NCBI GenBank assembly: GCA_026770705.1
Contig: JANJGN010000012.1
Span: forward strand, 76,322,001-76,386,000
Reading direction: 5' to 3'
Length of the DNA stretch: 64,000 nucleotides
DNA from: Isurus oxyrinchus
Taxonomy: Eukaryota
Part shown: one piece after another, positions 11,886 through 23,204 of the stretch
How the letters are laid out: each line of letters starts with the position of its first letter
How positions within the stretch are numbered: position 1 is the stretch's first letter
The notes under the pieces: model-generated
The model's database searches: none
What the model saw: the letters and a program-made list of their open reading frames with translations, nothing else
What the model was told of the DNA's origin: nothing
Program-made: the position numbers and the translations under genes

Positions 11886-14842
11886 TGTGGTGTAGTGGTA
11901 TTATCACTGGACTAATAATCCAGAAACTCAGGGTAATACTCTGGGGACCTGGGTTCGAATCCCATGATGATGAAATGTGAATTTAATCTGGAATTAAAAG
12001 TCTAATGATGACCTTGAAACTATTGTCGATTGTCCCTTTAGGGAAGGAAATCTGCTGTACTGGCCTACATGTGAGTACAGACCCACAGTAATGTAGTTGA
12101 CTCTTAACTGGCCTCTGAAATGGCCTCGCCACTCAGTTGTACCAAACTGCCCCAGAGCCTAAAAGGAATAAAACCGGACAGACCAGCCAGCATTGACCTA
12201 GGCACCAGAAACAACAATGGCAAACCGAATCCTATTGACCCTGCAAAGTCCTCCTTACTACATCTGGGGGCTAGTGCCAAAATAAAGCAACAAAATCAGC
12301 AACACGGGATCAGACACTGCCATCAACATCCCTAGGTATGCTCTCCCACCAGCAGGACAGACCCAGCAGGGGTACACAGGTGGGAGGGAGTTGCCCTATG
12401 AGGTCTCATAGTGTCAAGTCCAACATGGGAAAAGGTAATCTTTAGGAGGTTTCATGTACCATACCCCACCCTCAGCTGATGAATTCTCCATGTTGAACCC
12501 ACTGTGGGTGACAAGGGTGCAGAATGTAGTCTGGGTGGGGGATTTCAATGTCCACCCTCAAGAGTGGCTTGGTAGCATCCTAAAGGACATAGCTGCTAGA
12601 CTGGGCCTGCAGCAGGTGGTGAGGGGAAAACATACTTATCCTCACCAACCTGCCTGCTGCAGATGCATCTGTCCATGACAGTATTGGTAGGAGTGACCAC
12701 TGCACAGTCCTTGTGGAGACAAAGTCCTGTTTTCACATTGAGTCTTCTCCATCGTGTTGTGTGGCACTACCAATGGGATAAATTTCAAACAGATCTCGCA
12801 ACTCAAGACTGGGCAACCATGAGGCGCTGTGGGGCAGCAGCAGAATTGTACTCGAACACAATCCATAACCTCAGGGTCTGGCATCCTGCACTCTACTATT
12901 ACCACCAAGCCAGGGAGGGGATCAACCCCGGTTCAATAAAGCAGGCATGCCAGAAGCAGCACCAGGCATACCTAAAAATGAGATATCAACCTGGTGAAGC
13001 TATAACACAGGACTACTTGCGACCAAACAGCAAGTGATAGAGCTGAGCGATTCCATAACCAATGGATCAGATCTAAAGCTCTGCAGTCCTACCACATCCA
13101 GTCATGAATGGTGGTGGACAATTAAACAACTCACTGGAGAAAAAGGCTCCACAAATATCTCCATCCTCAATGATGGAGGAGCCCAGCACAACAGTGCAAA
13201 AGACAAGGCAGAAGCATTCGCAACAATCTTCAGCCAGAAATGCCGAGTGGATGATCCATCACAGCCTCCTACGGAGGTCCCCGGCTTCACAGATGCCAGT
13301 CTCCAGCCAACCCGATTCACTTCACGTAATATCAAGAAACAGATGAAAGCACTGGATCCTGCAAAGGCTATGGGCCCTGACAAAATTCCAGCAATAGTAC
13401 TGAAGACTTGTGCTCCAGAACTTGCCACGCTCCTAGCCAAGCTGTTCCAGTGCAGCTACAACACTGGCATCTACCTGGCAATGTGGAAAATTGCCCAGGT
13501 ATGTCCTGTACACAAAAAGCAAGACAAATCCAACCCAGCCAATTACAGTGCCATCAGTCTACTCTCGATCATCAGTAAAGTAAAGGAAGGGATCATCAAC
13601 AGTACTATCAATCGGCACTTGCTTAGCAATAACCTGCTCACTGACACCCAGTTTGAGTTTTGCCAGAGCCACTCAGCTCTTGACCTCATTACAGCCTTGG
13701 TTCAAACATGGACAAAAGAGCTGAACTCCAGAGGTGAGGCGAGAGTGCCTGCCCTTGACATCAAGGCAGCATTTGACTGAGTGTGGCATCAAGGAGCCCT
13801 AGCAAAATTGGAGTCAGTGTGAATTGGGGGAAAACTCTCCAATGGTTGGAGTCATACCTAGCACAAAGGAAGATGGTTGTGGTTGTTGGAGGACAATCAT
13901 CTCAATCCCAGGACATCACTGCAGGAGTTCCTCAGGGTAGCTCCTAGGCCCAACCATCTTCAGCTGCTTCATAAATTACCTTCCTTCCATCATAATGTCA
14001 GAAGTGGAGATATTCGCTGATGATTGCACAAAGTTCAGTACCATTCGTGACTCTTCAGAAACTGAAGCAGTCCATGGGCAAATGCAGCAAGACCTGGACA
14101 AAATCCAGGCTTGGGTTGACAAATGGCAAGTAACATTCATACCACACAAGTACCAGGAAATGACCATCTCCAAGGGAGAATCTAACCACTGCCTCTTGAC
14201 ATTCAATGGCATCACCATCGCTGAATCTCCCTTTCAACATTACCATTGACCAGAAACTGAACTGGACCAGCTGTATAAACACTATGGCGAAAAGAGGTCA
14301 GAGGCTAGGAATCTTGCAGTGAGTAACTCACCACCTGACTCCCCAAAGCCTGTCCACCATCTACAAGGCACAGCTCAGGAGTGTGATGGAATACTCTCCA
14401 CTTGCCTGGATGAGTGTAGCTCCAACAACACTCAAGAAGCTTGACACCATCCAGGACAAAGCAGCCTGCTTGACTGGCACCCCATCCACAAACATTCAAT
14501 CCCTCCACCACTGACATACAGTGGCAGCAGTGTGTACCATCTACAAGATGCACTGCAGGAACTCACCAAGTCTTCTGAGACAGCATCTTCCAAACCAATG
14601 ACCGTTACCATCTAGAAGGACCAGGGCAGCAGACACGTAGGAACACCACCACCTGCAAGTTCCCCTCCAAGCCACACAATCCTGACTTGGAAATATATCA
14701 CTGTTCATTCACTGTCACTGGGTCAATATCCTGGGAGTCCCACCCTAACAGCACTGTGGACTGCAGCAGTTCAAGAAGGCAGCTCACTTTTATGGATGGG
14801 CAATAAATGCTGGTGCCCACATCCCATAAATGAATTTAAAAA
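11886..14842 (+). mobile_element. Near full-length, decayed non-LTR retrotransposon with tRNA-like 5' head and a single APE-endonuclease/RT ORF (CR1/L2/Jockey-group-like; no ORF1)
   Basis: A box TGGTGTAGTGG at 11888-11898 and B box GGTTCGAATCC at 11952-11962. EN motifs KVLLT, GDFNVH, DSIGRSDH. RT motifs KAMGPDKIP, ALDIKAAFD, GVPQGS, FADD. Tail gggcaataaatgc...catcccataaatgaatttaaaaa. Frameshifts and stops present. Confidence 0.9.
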
Positions 14843-14924
14843 TTCCTCACTAGAAGAGAAAGTACAGATCCTAAAGAAGACAACCCACTACACCACAAAA
14901 GCGGTGTTTTAAAGTGATACATTG

Positions 14925-16345
14925 TTATGCCTGTCTTTTTGTAGGGTACGTGGTATATTCCTTGTTCCAGTCCTACTCAGGTCCCCTCCCCTAACTCCTT
15001 TTTCAGTACGTCGATGATTGTATTGGTGCTGCTTCCTACTCTTCCAGAACCGGAAAAATGAATCAATTCTGCTTCCAACTACCACCCTTCTCATCTTCAC
15101 GTGGTCCCTCTCTGATTTTTTCCTTCCTTTCCTTGACTTCTCGGTCTCCATTTCTGGGGATGGACTGTCCACTTATATTTATTATAAGCCCATCAACTCC
15201 CACAGCTACCTCGACTACACTTCCTCACACACTTCTTCCTGTAAGGACTCCATTTCATTCTTCCAGCTCCAATGATGCTATCTTCCACAATGGCACTTCT
15301 GACATATCTTCCTTTTTCTTGAACTTCCCCATTCACTGTGGGTGACAACTGCTTCCGACCCATTTCCCACACTTGTGTTCTCACCCTTCCTCCTCCATCC
15401 CAGAAACTTACTTTCCACCCTACCAGCCTCCACATTCAAAAGTCATCCTCCGCCTTTGCCGCCTCCAGCGTGATGCCACCAGTAAACACACCTTCTCCTC
15501 CCCTTCCTTGTCAGCATTCCAAAGAGACTGTTCCCTGGGCAACACCCTGGTCCACTCCTCTATCATTCCGAACCCCTCATTACCTTGCCACAGCACCTTC
15601 CCATGCAATGGCAGAAAGTGTAACACCTGCCCTTTCATCTCCTCCTTCTTCATTGTCCAAGACCCCAAACACTTCTTTCAGGTGAAAGTGATTTACTTGC
15701 AATTTAGTATAGTGTATTCGTTGTTCACAATGCAGCCTCCTGTACTTTGGGGAGACCAAACGCAGGCTGGATGACCGCTTTGGGAACACCTTCACTCAGT
15801 CCATAAGCATGACCCAGATCTTCCTGTCATTTGCCATTTCAATTCACCATCTTGTTCTAATGCTCACATCTCTGTCTTGGCCTACTGCAATGTTCCAGTG
15901 AAGCACAACATAAGCTGGAGGAACAGCACCTCATCTTCCAATTAGGCACTTTACAGCCTTACAGACTCAATATTGCACTCAACAACTTCAGTCTATGAAC
16001 TTGGTCCTCCATTTTGTTTTCATGTTTTTTGCTTTCTCCAGAGCTGTCCTTTACTTCTGCTATTAACACTTACTCTGGACCCATGCTTTGTTTCTTTATT
16101 ATAACCATTACTACTCCCTTTCCCTTTTGTTCCAATGTTTATTTAACCTCTCCCGGCCTCTAACGTACGTACCCCTGACCTTCCCTTTTGTTCTACCTGA
16201 CCCTCCCCCACTTTTTCAACAGTATAAACCCATCATGTGTCTACCTCTTTTCAGTTCCAAAGTGGACTGCAAACATTAACTCTGTTTCTTTCTCTACAGA
16301 TGCTGCCAGAGCTACTGAGTTTTTCCAGTACTTTCTGTTTTCATT
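14925..16345 (+). mobile_element. Penelope-like element, 5'-truncated and decayed (RT plus GIY-YIG endonuclease plus terminal repeat)
   Basis: YACLFVGYV, FQYVDDCIG, LPFLDFSV...YYKPINSHSYLDYTSSH; CNGRKCNTC linker; CIRCSQCSLLYFGETKRRL GIY-YIG-like; KLEEQHLIFQLGTLQP; ends in the cagatgctgccaga...ttttccag terminal repeat. Confidence 0.88.
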
Positions 16346-16981
16346 TAATTTAATGAGTAGAATTTAGACAGTTTCTTCCGCTATTGATTCTAGTGATTTT
16401 AAAAAAGCTTCCAATAGCATACATTCAGAATAATTTATCATCTCAGTCATCTTAGAAACAATAATGGTGGTAACTATGAAACCTGTTCCAAAAATATTAT
16501 CTATAATCGCAGTGTAGCTATACAGGTTTATTTAGACACAATCATGTTTTCTTTGAAACGATGATGAAAACCGTTAGGTACAGGACAACAATTAGCCTTT
16601 TATCCTCACAATAAAAACATGGCTCTTACTTTTTCGTGACTTAATTTTTTTGAGGCTTTTTTCATGTTAATGCAATCAGATGGGAAATGGTGGGGAGCTG
16701 CTGATGAGATACTAAAGAGTTGCATGCAATTCCGGAGCCACAGGTTGCAAATCCCTGCTACATTGGATGCCGCTTTATCGCTTCTCCTAATATCTTTCCT
16801 TCTTCAACTGGACAGCAACACTAGCAAAGTTACACAGCTGGTGTTCTAGTACCACTAGTCACTTGGAGCAACAGCTTGCATTGGAAGCACCACTTCTCAG
16901 CTGGATACAAGTGAGAAAACATAAGGGAACGTTTTTTTTTTAAAAACTATTTGGAAGTCAAGTCATTCATGAAAATGAATC

Positions 16982-16987
16982 TTTATT
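16982..16987 (-). promoter_or_regulatory. Candidate NELFCD polyadenylation signal (AATAAA)
   Basis: TTTATT on + reads AATAAA on -, about 330 nt after the stop. A second one lies at 16527-16532. Confidence 0.55.
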
Positions 16988-17315
16988 TTGACCATACAAC
17001 TTACAAATGCCATATAATTCTCAGACCCAGTTAAAGAAAAAAGGAAAACCACTGTTTCTACATTTCCTCTTTAACCATTAATTATGTAAAAATATATAAA
17101 ATCTACCAATTATTTCTCTTACAGACCCTTAATAGCTCTCTTTCAATAATTCCTGTGTCAGTTTTACTGTGTGGACGAGTGCCACAGACACTCTACAGAT
17201 ATTCCATCATGTCTCATCAGTCTTACTGCTCAGAATGTCACTCTCCAGTCTTCTTGTTGCTTGGGCTCAGGCTACTCTCTGTTCCTGTCACCATTGCTCT
17301 GCCTTCTTCAGAGTG

Positions 17316-17350
17316 TTAGTTCATCATGATGAAGTTGGATTTGCAGTGTG
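17316..17350 (-). CDS. NELFCD: NELFCD exon 15 (last coding exon)
   Basis: ttacttccag|CA acceptor. AHCKSNFIMMN then TAA (human ends AHCKSNFIMVN). The 15 exons sum to 1743 nt, i.e. 580 aa plus stop, in one frame. Confidence 0.95.
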
Positions 17351-17399
17351 CTGGAAGTAAACATTACACAGAATGTTTATTTGGTGTTTATAATCACTT

Positions 17400-19890
17400 A
17401 ATATATCATAGACTTTAACGGACTGTATAAAGGATTGCAGAAATTCCATTTGGAGATTCCTTGTTCAGCGCTTGCATTTAAATTATTGGATTGTGCTAAG
17501 GTATCAAACACGAACAGGCTTCTGGTCTTAACTGGCGTTTGGTTCTCAGAAAGAGACTAACTCTTGGAGCAGATGGCTGGGGCCTTGGAAAAATTCCTGA
17601 GAAAGCATTCCTTTCCAGCAGCCTTGATGGAACGAGTGGGACATTCCACAGTGTCACAAAGGACAGAGGAGACAATGATTGTGGCATTTCAAGATCGTCC
17701 AGATACTGGTTGCAGCTGCCAGCAGAAAGGAAGAGCTAAAGACGGAGGCAATGAGGATGAAAGTACTTTTGGCAGAATTGGATACCTCAGTAGATGCCAG
17801 GATTGGAGCAGCAATAGTAGGTGAATGAACCCCTGGAATGCATGGGGAACAATTAACAGATACTTCACGTGTGACTCAAAAATATAATTATGCGATGAAC
17901 TGCCCAAAGCAGAACAGCAGAGTTCTCAAAGTGACATATGACACAGACAATTCAGAGGCTGAAGACAACAATGATCAGTCTGAAGGAATTGTACTACTCA
18001 CAAGAAGTTTTAGTCCGTTGATAAGTGTATTAGTCGCAGATTCATTTAACTGTGCAGTGCTGAATAGTGGTTGCGCTTTGGCATTGTGTGTGTGGAACAG
18101 ATTGGCTAAAATGTTATCTAGATTCACTCAGTGGTGAGGATGGCATAATGTCAGGAAGTACGAAAGTTCTACTTATTTTAGGTTCGGGCATGACGACACA
18201 TTGAGGCCACTAAAAAGTTTGGCGATGCTATGCAAAACAGCAGCAGTAGGCCACTTTATTAGTACTAATGTGGTCTCCAGTGAGATACCTTTGCTGTTAG
18301 GTAAGCCTTCCATGAAAAAGGCACAAATGGAACTGAACCTGGAATATGCTAAAGCAATTGTTTTTGGAAGGTCAGTGGACCTACAGTTTTCCCAATCAGG
18401 GTGTAATTATATCCCTTTAATGAAACCTTCTATTTCTAATATTAGAAAATTGTTAAAGGCATCAGGGGATATTGTCTTAAAGCTGCTTTGACAATTTGCT
18501 CATCCGTGTCAAAGACTAAAAGTGGTGTTAAAGGATGTGGGTGCAGTTAATGAGGAGTATACAAGGCTTATCGAAATTAGTGCAAAATTTGAAATACGTA
18601 AAAGGTATCAGCACAAACGGCATGTCCTATTGTCAGCCTTCCATTGGCACATGATTTTAATGAGGTAGTTGCTGTAGCTCTAAAGGTATGGGACAAAAAC
18701 TGAAATATTTACATTTTACACTTTATAGACATGGTAACCAGATTTAGTCTTTCAACAGTAATGCATGGCAAGGTCGAAAGGTAACTGTAGGTAAAGTCCA
18801 AGAGAAATGGGCAGGGACTGGACTTGGAGCACTGACTTTCTGATTGATGATGGAGGGGAATTTGCTAATGACAACTTTAGAGATGTGCGAAAATATGAAC
18901 ATTGTGGTTAAGAAAGACCTTTCAGCAATGGAATCTGTGAAAGGAATCACATGGTGGTAGATGAAATGCTGCATAAAATCTTAGCAAAGCAACCAAACTT
19001 CAAGTTGATGACTGCACTGGCATGGGCGGTTCTTGCTAAGAATTCGGTTCAGGTGGTTGGAGGGTATAGTCCCCATCAGTTGGTCTATGGGAGGAAGCCC
19101 AAATTACCTTTGTGCTGGGCCGTAGAGGGAACTATGATTCATTCCATTTTTTCTGCATATTTTGAATGCTTTACATGCAGGAAAAAGGGCTTTCATCACA
19201 GCTGAGATCTCAGAGAAAATTTAGAGAGCTCCAATGCATCGCATAAGACAGTCTGAGATTATTTTTGATTCTGGGGATATTGTGCATTAAAAAAGAGGGG
19301 GCCATTAGGAATGGAAAGGTCCTGGTAAGGGAATTGATGGTAAAACGGAAGTTATCCAACATGTTAATCAAACTGTTAAGGTTCATTCCTCACAGTAAAT
19401 CAGGATTGATTACAAACCCTCAATCTGAGCAGCTGATAGAAAGTCATGAGGCATCCTGTACCTCACATATTCATGTGTTTAGAAATAGATCAGTGTTGAA
19501 TGGTTGTAGGCTGAGTGATCATGACAGACAGGATAGTTCTATCACATCCAAAGGCCATTTGCCTAAAGTGGGCACTTGGATAACATATGTTCCAGAACAG
19601 TCCAGTGAATGGAGTGATGCAACTATCGTGGGTGATGCAGGAAAAGCTACTGGCAAGTTTAACTATTGGTTAAATGTTCAAGATGATGGCCAAGAGTTGA
19701 GGTCTGTGGAATGGCAGAAAGGGGTAAAAGAATAGAAAGTAAGAAAGCACAGTTCGAGTTCTAATAGTGAGCCTTTGAGTGACTCTGTTAGAAGACGATC
19801 TCATATTGGAGAGTCTCCAATTGTGTAAGAGAGGATTTTACAGTATTTGTCCCAAGAAACATTGAAGTACAAGTAGAGGCTGAAGCTTGA
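17400..19890 (+). mobile_element. Decayed LTR-retrotransposon internal region, gag-protease-integrase order (Ty1/Copia type), in the last NELFCD intron
   Basis: Gag-like ALAFKLLD...LVLT; degenerate knuckle YNYAMNCPK; protease AVLNSGC and IPLLLGKPSMKK; integrase KLL*QFAHP, PIVSLPLAHDFNEVVA, ILHFIDMVTRFS, FLIDDGGEFAN, PFSNGICERNH, GYSPHQLVYGRKP, WKGPG. No RT or LTR seen. Confidence 0.8.
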
Positions 19891-19929
19891 ATAGATTACA
19901 CAATGCAATGAGGGCTCCAGACAGTCTTG

Positions 19930-21025
19930 AGATGGTCAAGAAGATAAGAGGCCATGGGATCCAGGGCAATTTGGCAAATTGGATCCAAAATTGCCTTAGT
20001 GCCAGGAGGCAGAGAGTGATGGTTGTTTTTGTGACTGGAAGCCTGTGTCCAGTGGAATGCTGCAGGATTCGGTGCTGGGTCCCTTGCTGTTTGTAATGTA
20101 CATTAATAGTCTAGACATGAATATAGGAGGTGTGATCAGTAAGTTCACAGATGACATAAAATGGTGGTGTGCTAAGTAGCGAGGAGCAAAACCTTAGACT
20201 GCAAGGTGATATAGACTGAGTGGTCAGATGGGCAGAACAATGGCAAATGGTGAGTGAAAAGTGTGAGGTAATGTATTTTGGGAGGACTAACAAAGCAAGG
20301 GAGTACACGATGAATGGTAGGACCCTAGGAAGTACAGAGGACCAGAGGGACCTTGGTGTACATGTCCATAGATCCTTGAAGTCAGCAGGACAGGTAGATA
20401 AGGTTGTTAAGGCGGCATATGGGATACTTGCCTTGATTAGTCAAGGCCTAGAATTCAACAGTAAGGAGGCTATGATGGAGCTAGTTAGTTAGGCCACATC
20501 TGGAATAGTGTGTGCAGTTCTATAGTTGTGTGTGTAGATCTGTGATTGCACTAGAGAGGGTGTAGAGGAGATTCACCAGGATGTTGCCTGGGCTGGAACG
20601 TTTCAGCTATGAAGAGAGACTATGAAGGCTGGGATTGTTTTCCTTAGAGCAGAGAAGGGGGACATGATTGAAGTATACAAAATTATGAGAGGTATAGATA
20701 GGGTAGATAGGAAGAAACTTTTCCCCTTAGTGGAGGGGTCGCTAACCAGGGGGTGTAGGTTTAAGGTAAGGGGCAGGAGGTTTAGAGGTGATTTGAGGGA
20801 AACCTTTTTCACCCAGGGGATTATCTGGAACTCACTGCCTGAAAAGGGTGGTAGAGGCGGGAACCCTCACAACATTTAAGAAGTATTTAGATGAACACTT
20901 GAAACGCCATAGCGTACAAGGCTATGGGCCAAGTGCTGGGAAATTGGATTAGAGTAAATAGGGGCTTGATGACCGGTGTGGACACAATGGGCCAAAGGGC
21001 CTCTTTCCATTCTGTAAAACTCTAA
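19930..21025 (+). mobile_element. CR1 LINE RT/3' fragment that truncates the Copia-type fossil
   Basis: HGIQGNLANWIQN; WAEQWQM...EKCEVMYFGRTN; GDMIEVYKIMRG; TRGCRFKV. Confidence 0.85.
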
Positions 21026-21069
21026 TGCTATCAACGCATTTCTTTCATCTGTCCAGCCAAGGGGAGAGA

Positions 21070-21755
21070 ATCTGGTTAACGTTTTGAGTCCATATGATTC
21101 TTCTTCAGAGCAAAAGAGAAGTACAAAGGCAATGGATTTTATACTGTTTAAGAGTGGGTGGAGCAGGTGGAGCAAGATAGAAGGTCAGGGATAGGTAGGA
21201 GCTCAGGAGAGATTGACAAAGATGTCATGGATACAAGACTAATGGTAGTAGTAAAGACTAAAGAACGTGCTGTTAGTGGCATAAAGGTAAAAGCAGAATG
21301 TGGTAACAGGAGAACAAGGGTCAGTGCTCTATGAAAGCACAATGTAGAAACCAGTGACAGATAGCCCTGTTTGGGGGTGTGGGGAAAAAGGATTTAAAAA
21401 AATGAAAAAATAAAAATAAATAAATAATTTTAATTAAAATTCAAAACAAGAAAACAAAGCAACAGGATGAAAAAAGGGGTAAAGATGGAGGCGAGTTCCT
21501 GGTCTGAAGTTGTTAACATCTGCTACAACTTTGTCAGTTTCTCCTTAGCTCCCACCTATCCCTAACCTTCTACTTTGCTCCATCTGCTCCGACCCCTCTT
21601 AAACAGTATACAATCCATCACATTTCTACTCTTTAGCTCTGAAGTGTCATGCAGACTCGGTTTCTCTCTCGACAGATGATACCAGACTTGCTGAGTTTTG
21701 CCAGCATTCTTTGTTTTTATTTCAGATTTCCAGCATCCACAGTATTTTGATTTCA
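21070..21755. mobile_element. Inverted pair of Penelope terminal repeats (- at 21070-21520, + at 21535-21755)
   Basis: 21105-21230 is the reverse complement of 21535-21645; 21483-21516 is the reverse of the Penelope ORF end (aacaacttcag). Confidence 0.75.
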
Positions 21756-21974
21756 AGAAAGAATCTGGTAATCTATTCCCAGGATCAAAGCCAATGCTGC
21801 TTTGACCCAGTCATTACAAGGTGTGCACCCCTATTTTGACCTCATTTAGAGTGTTCCCTTGGATTGATTGATTGAGGTCAGCATTTCACAATTGGAATAT
21901 CACAAGAAAGCCACACTCTAAAGCTCCATATTGTTGCTGGACTAAAGGAATACATCTAAAAGGTGTTCTGATAG

Positions 21975-22050
21975 TAGACCGGGGGGGGTGGGCAAACTTT
22001 TCCACCAGAGGCCCACATGGAAATTGTTAGGGGTGGGGGAGGTGGCCATA
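21975..22050 (+). mobile_element. Possible hAT-type DNA transposon terminus fragment
   Basis: ggggtgggcaaacttttcc...gagggcccacat resembles hAT/Charlie ends; no partner end seen. Confidence 0.35.
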
Positions 22051-23166
22051 AACACTCAAGAAATGAACAATTATCATTAAGATAAATTTTGGTACAAATA
22101 AACGTAAAACCTTTAGTATAATGATAATTAAACCATGGCAATGATGCATTACATACAATAATGTATTCCCCTTTTCATTATCTCTTGGCTTAATGAACAA
22201 TGCACTTGGTCACTCCTCTTTACAATGGCACCAAAATCTTTTTCTCTCTCCGCAGATGCTGCCTGAATATTTCCAGCAATTTCTGTTTTTCTTTCACACT
22301 TCCAACGTGCACAGTATTTTGCTTTTGTCTTGCCAATATAAATGTTGCTTTACTGTGATCTACAGTATAGTGTTGCAAGGAGCACCAAGGGAAAAATGGT
22401 AAAAGAAAATGTGGTGACCAAAGGGTATTTCTGAGGCAGTCAACACATCTTGTGGGGAGTAGTGTTCTGTGTCTTCTCTCTACCTCTCGTTCCTAGAGCT
22501 GGGATGTAATAACCTGTCAGCATATTTTAAAAGAGGTGCTACCAAGTGCATCTGTCATTTGTTTCACATCTTTTCCTAATGTTCAATTTTCATAAACCCT
22601 AACCTAAAGCCACACACACTTCACTTCCTAATGCATTCATCATCCCTTTTCTAACAATCTAAACCTTAGCTGTACCTCTGGCAGGAACAGAAGATGTTTT
22701 TACAACTTTAATTTTTGGAAGTGCATAAACAACTAATCATGGAGATGCCCATCTCGAAATGTTAAAGGAGACCTTCAATCATACATATTTTGAAACTTGC
22801 TGCATGTAGCAGCATTTATGTTTCAATATTTCAATCCTTTCAATCCCAGCAGAAATATAGCTAAGTTTTTGCAAAGTCTACAAAACTACTACCCTCTGGT
22901 TCTTTTGCCAATGACTTTAGAACTGTGTTGTCTAATTACCGACCCTTCTACCACCAGAAACAGTTTCTCCTTATTTACCTGATCAATACCCTTCATGATT
23001 TTGAACACCTCTATTAAATCTATACTTAACTTTCTTTGTTGTAAGAACAACCCCAGTTTTGCTACTATCCCCATTTCTGGTACCATCATGAACATGGTCA
23101 TAGGAATTTATAATGTAAAAAGCTGACTGGACGTATACACATATGCAAGATTTTTATATAGATTAT

Positions 23167-23171
<5 letters not shown>

Positions 23172-23203
<32 letters not shown>
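23172..23203. repeat. (TA)n microsatellite
   Basis: Read directly from the sequence. Confidence 0.95.

Positions 23204-23204
<1 letters not shown>

Noticed and set aside
11886-11965. tRNA gene
   Set aside because: A and B boxes are present, but there is no clean cloverleaf or oligo-T terminator, and it continues into retroelement sequence. The same applies to the heads near 1745-1830, 34190, 44700 and 60610.
13034-13780. 248-aa ORF as a domesticated RT gene
   Set aside because: It is one open stretch in a LINE with flanking stops and frameshifts, and it carries substitutions in conserved RT motifs (NYSAIS, QFEFC).
17838-19735. Cluster of + strand ORFs as a nested host gene
   Set aside because: They are frameshifted pieces of a retrotransposon polyprotein with damaged catalytic motifs (NSG for DSG, a stop in the HHCC region).
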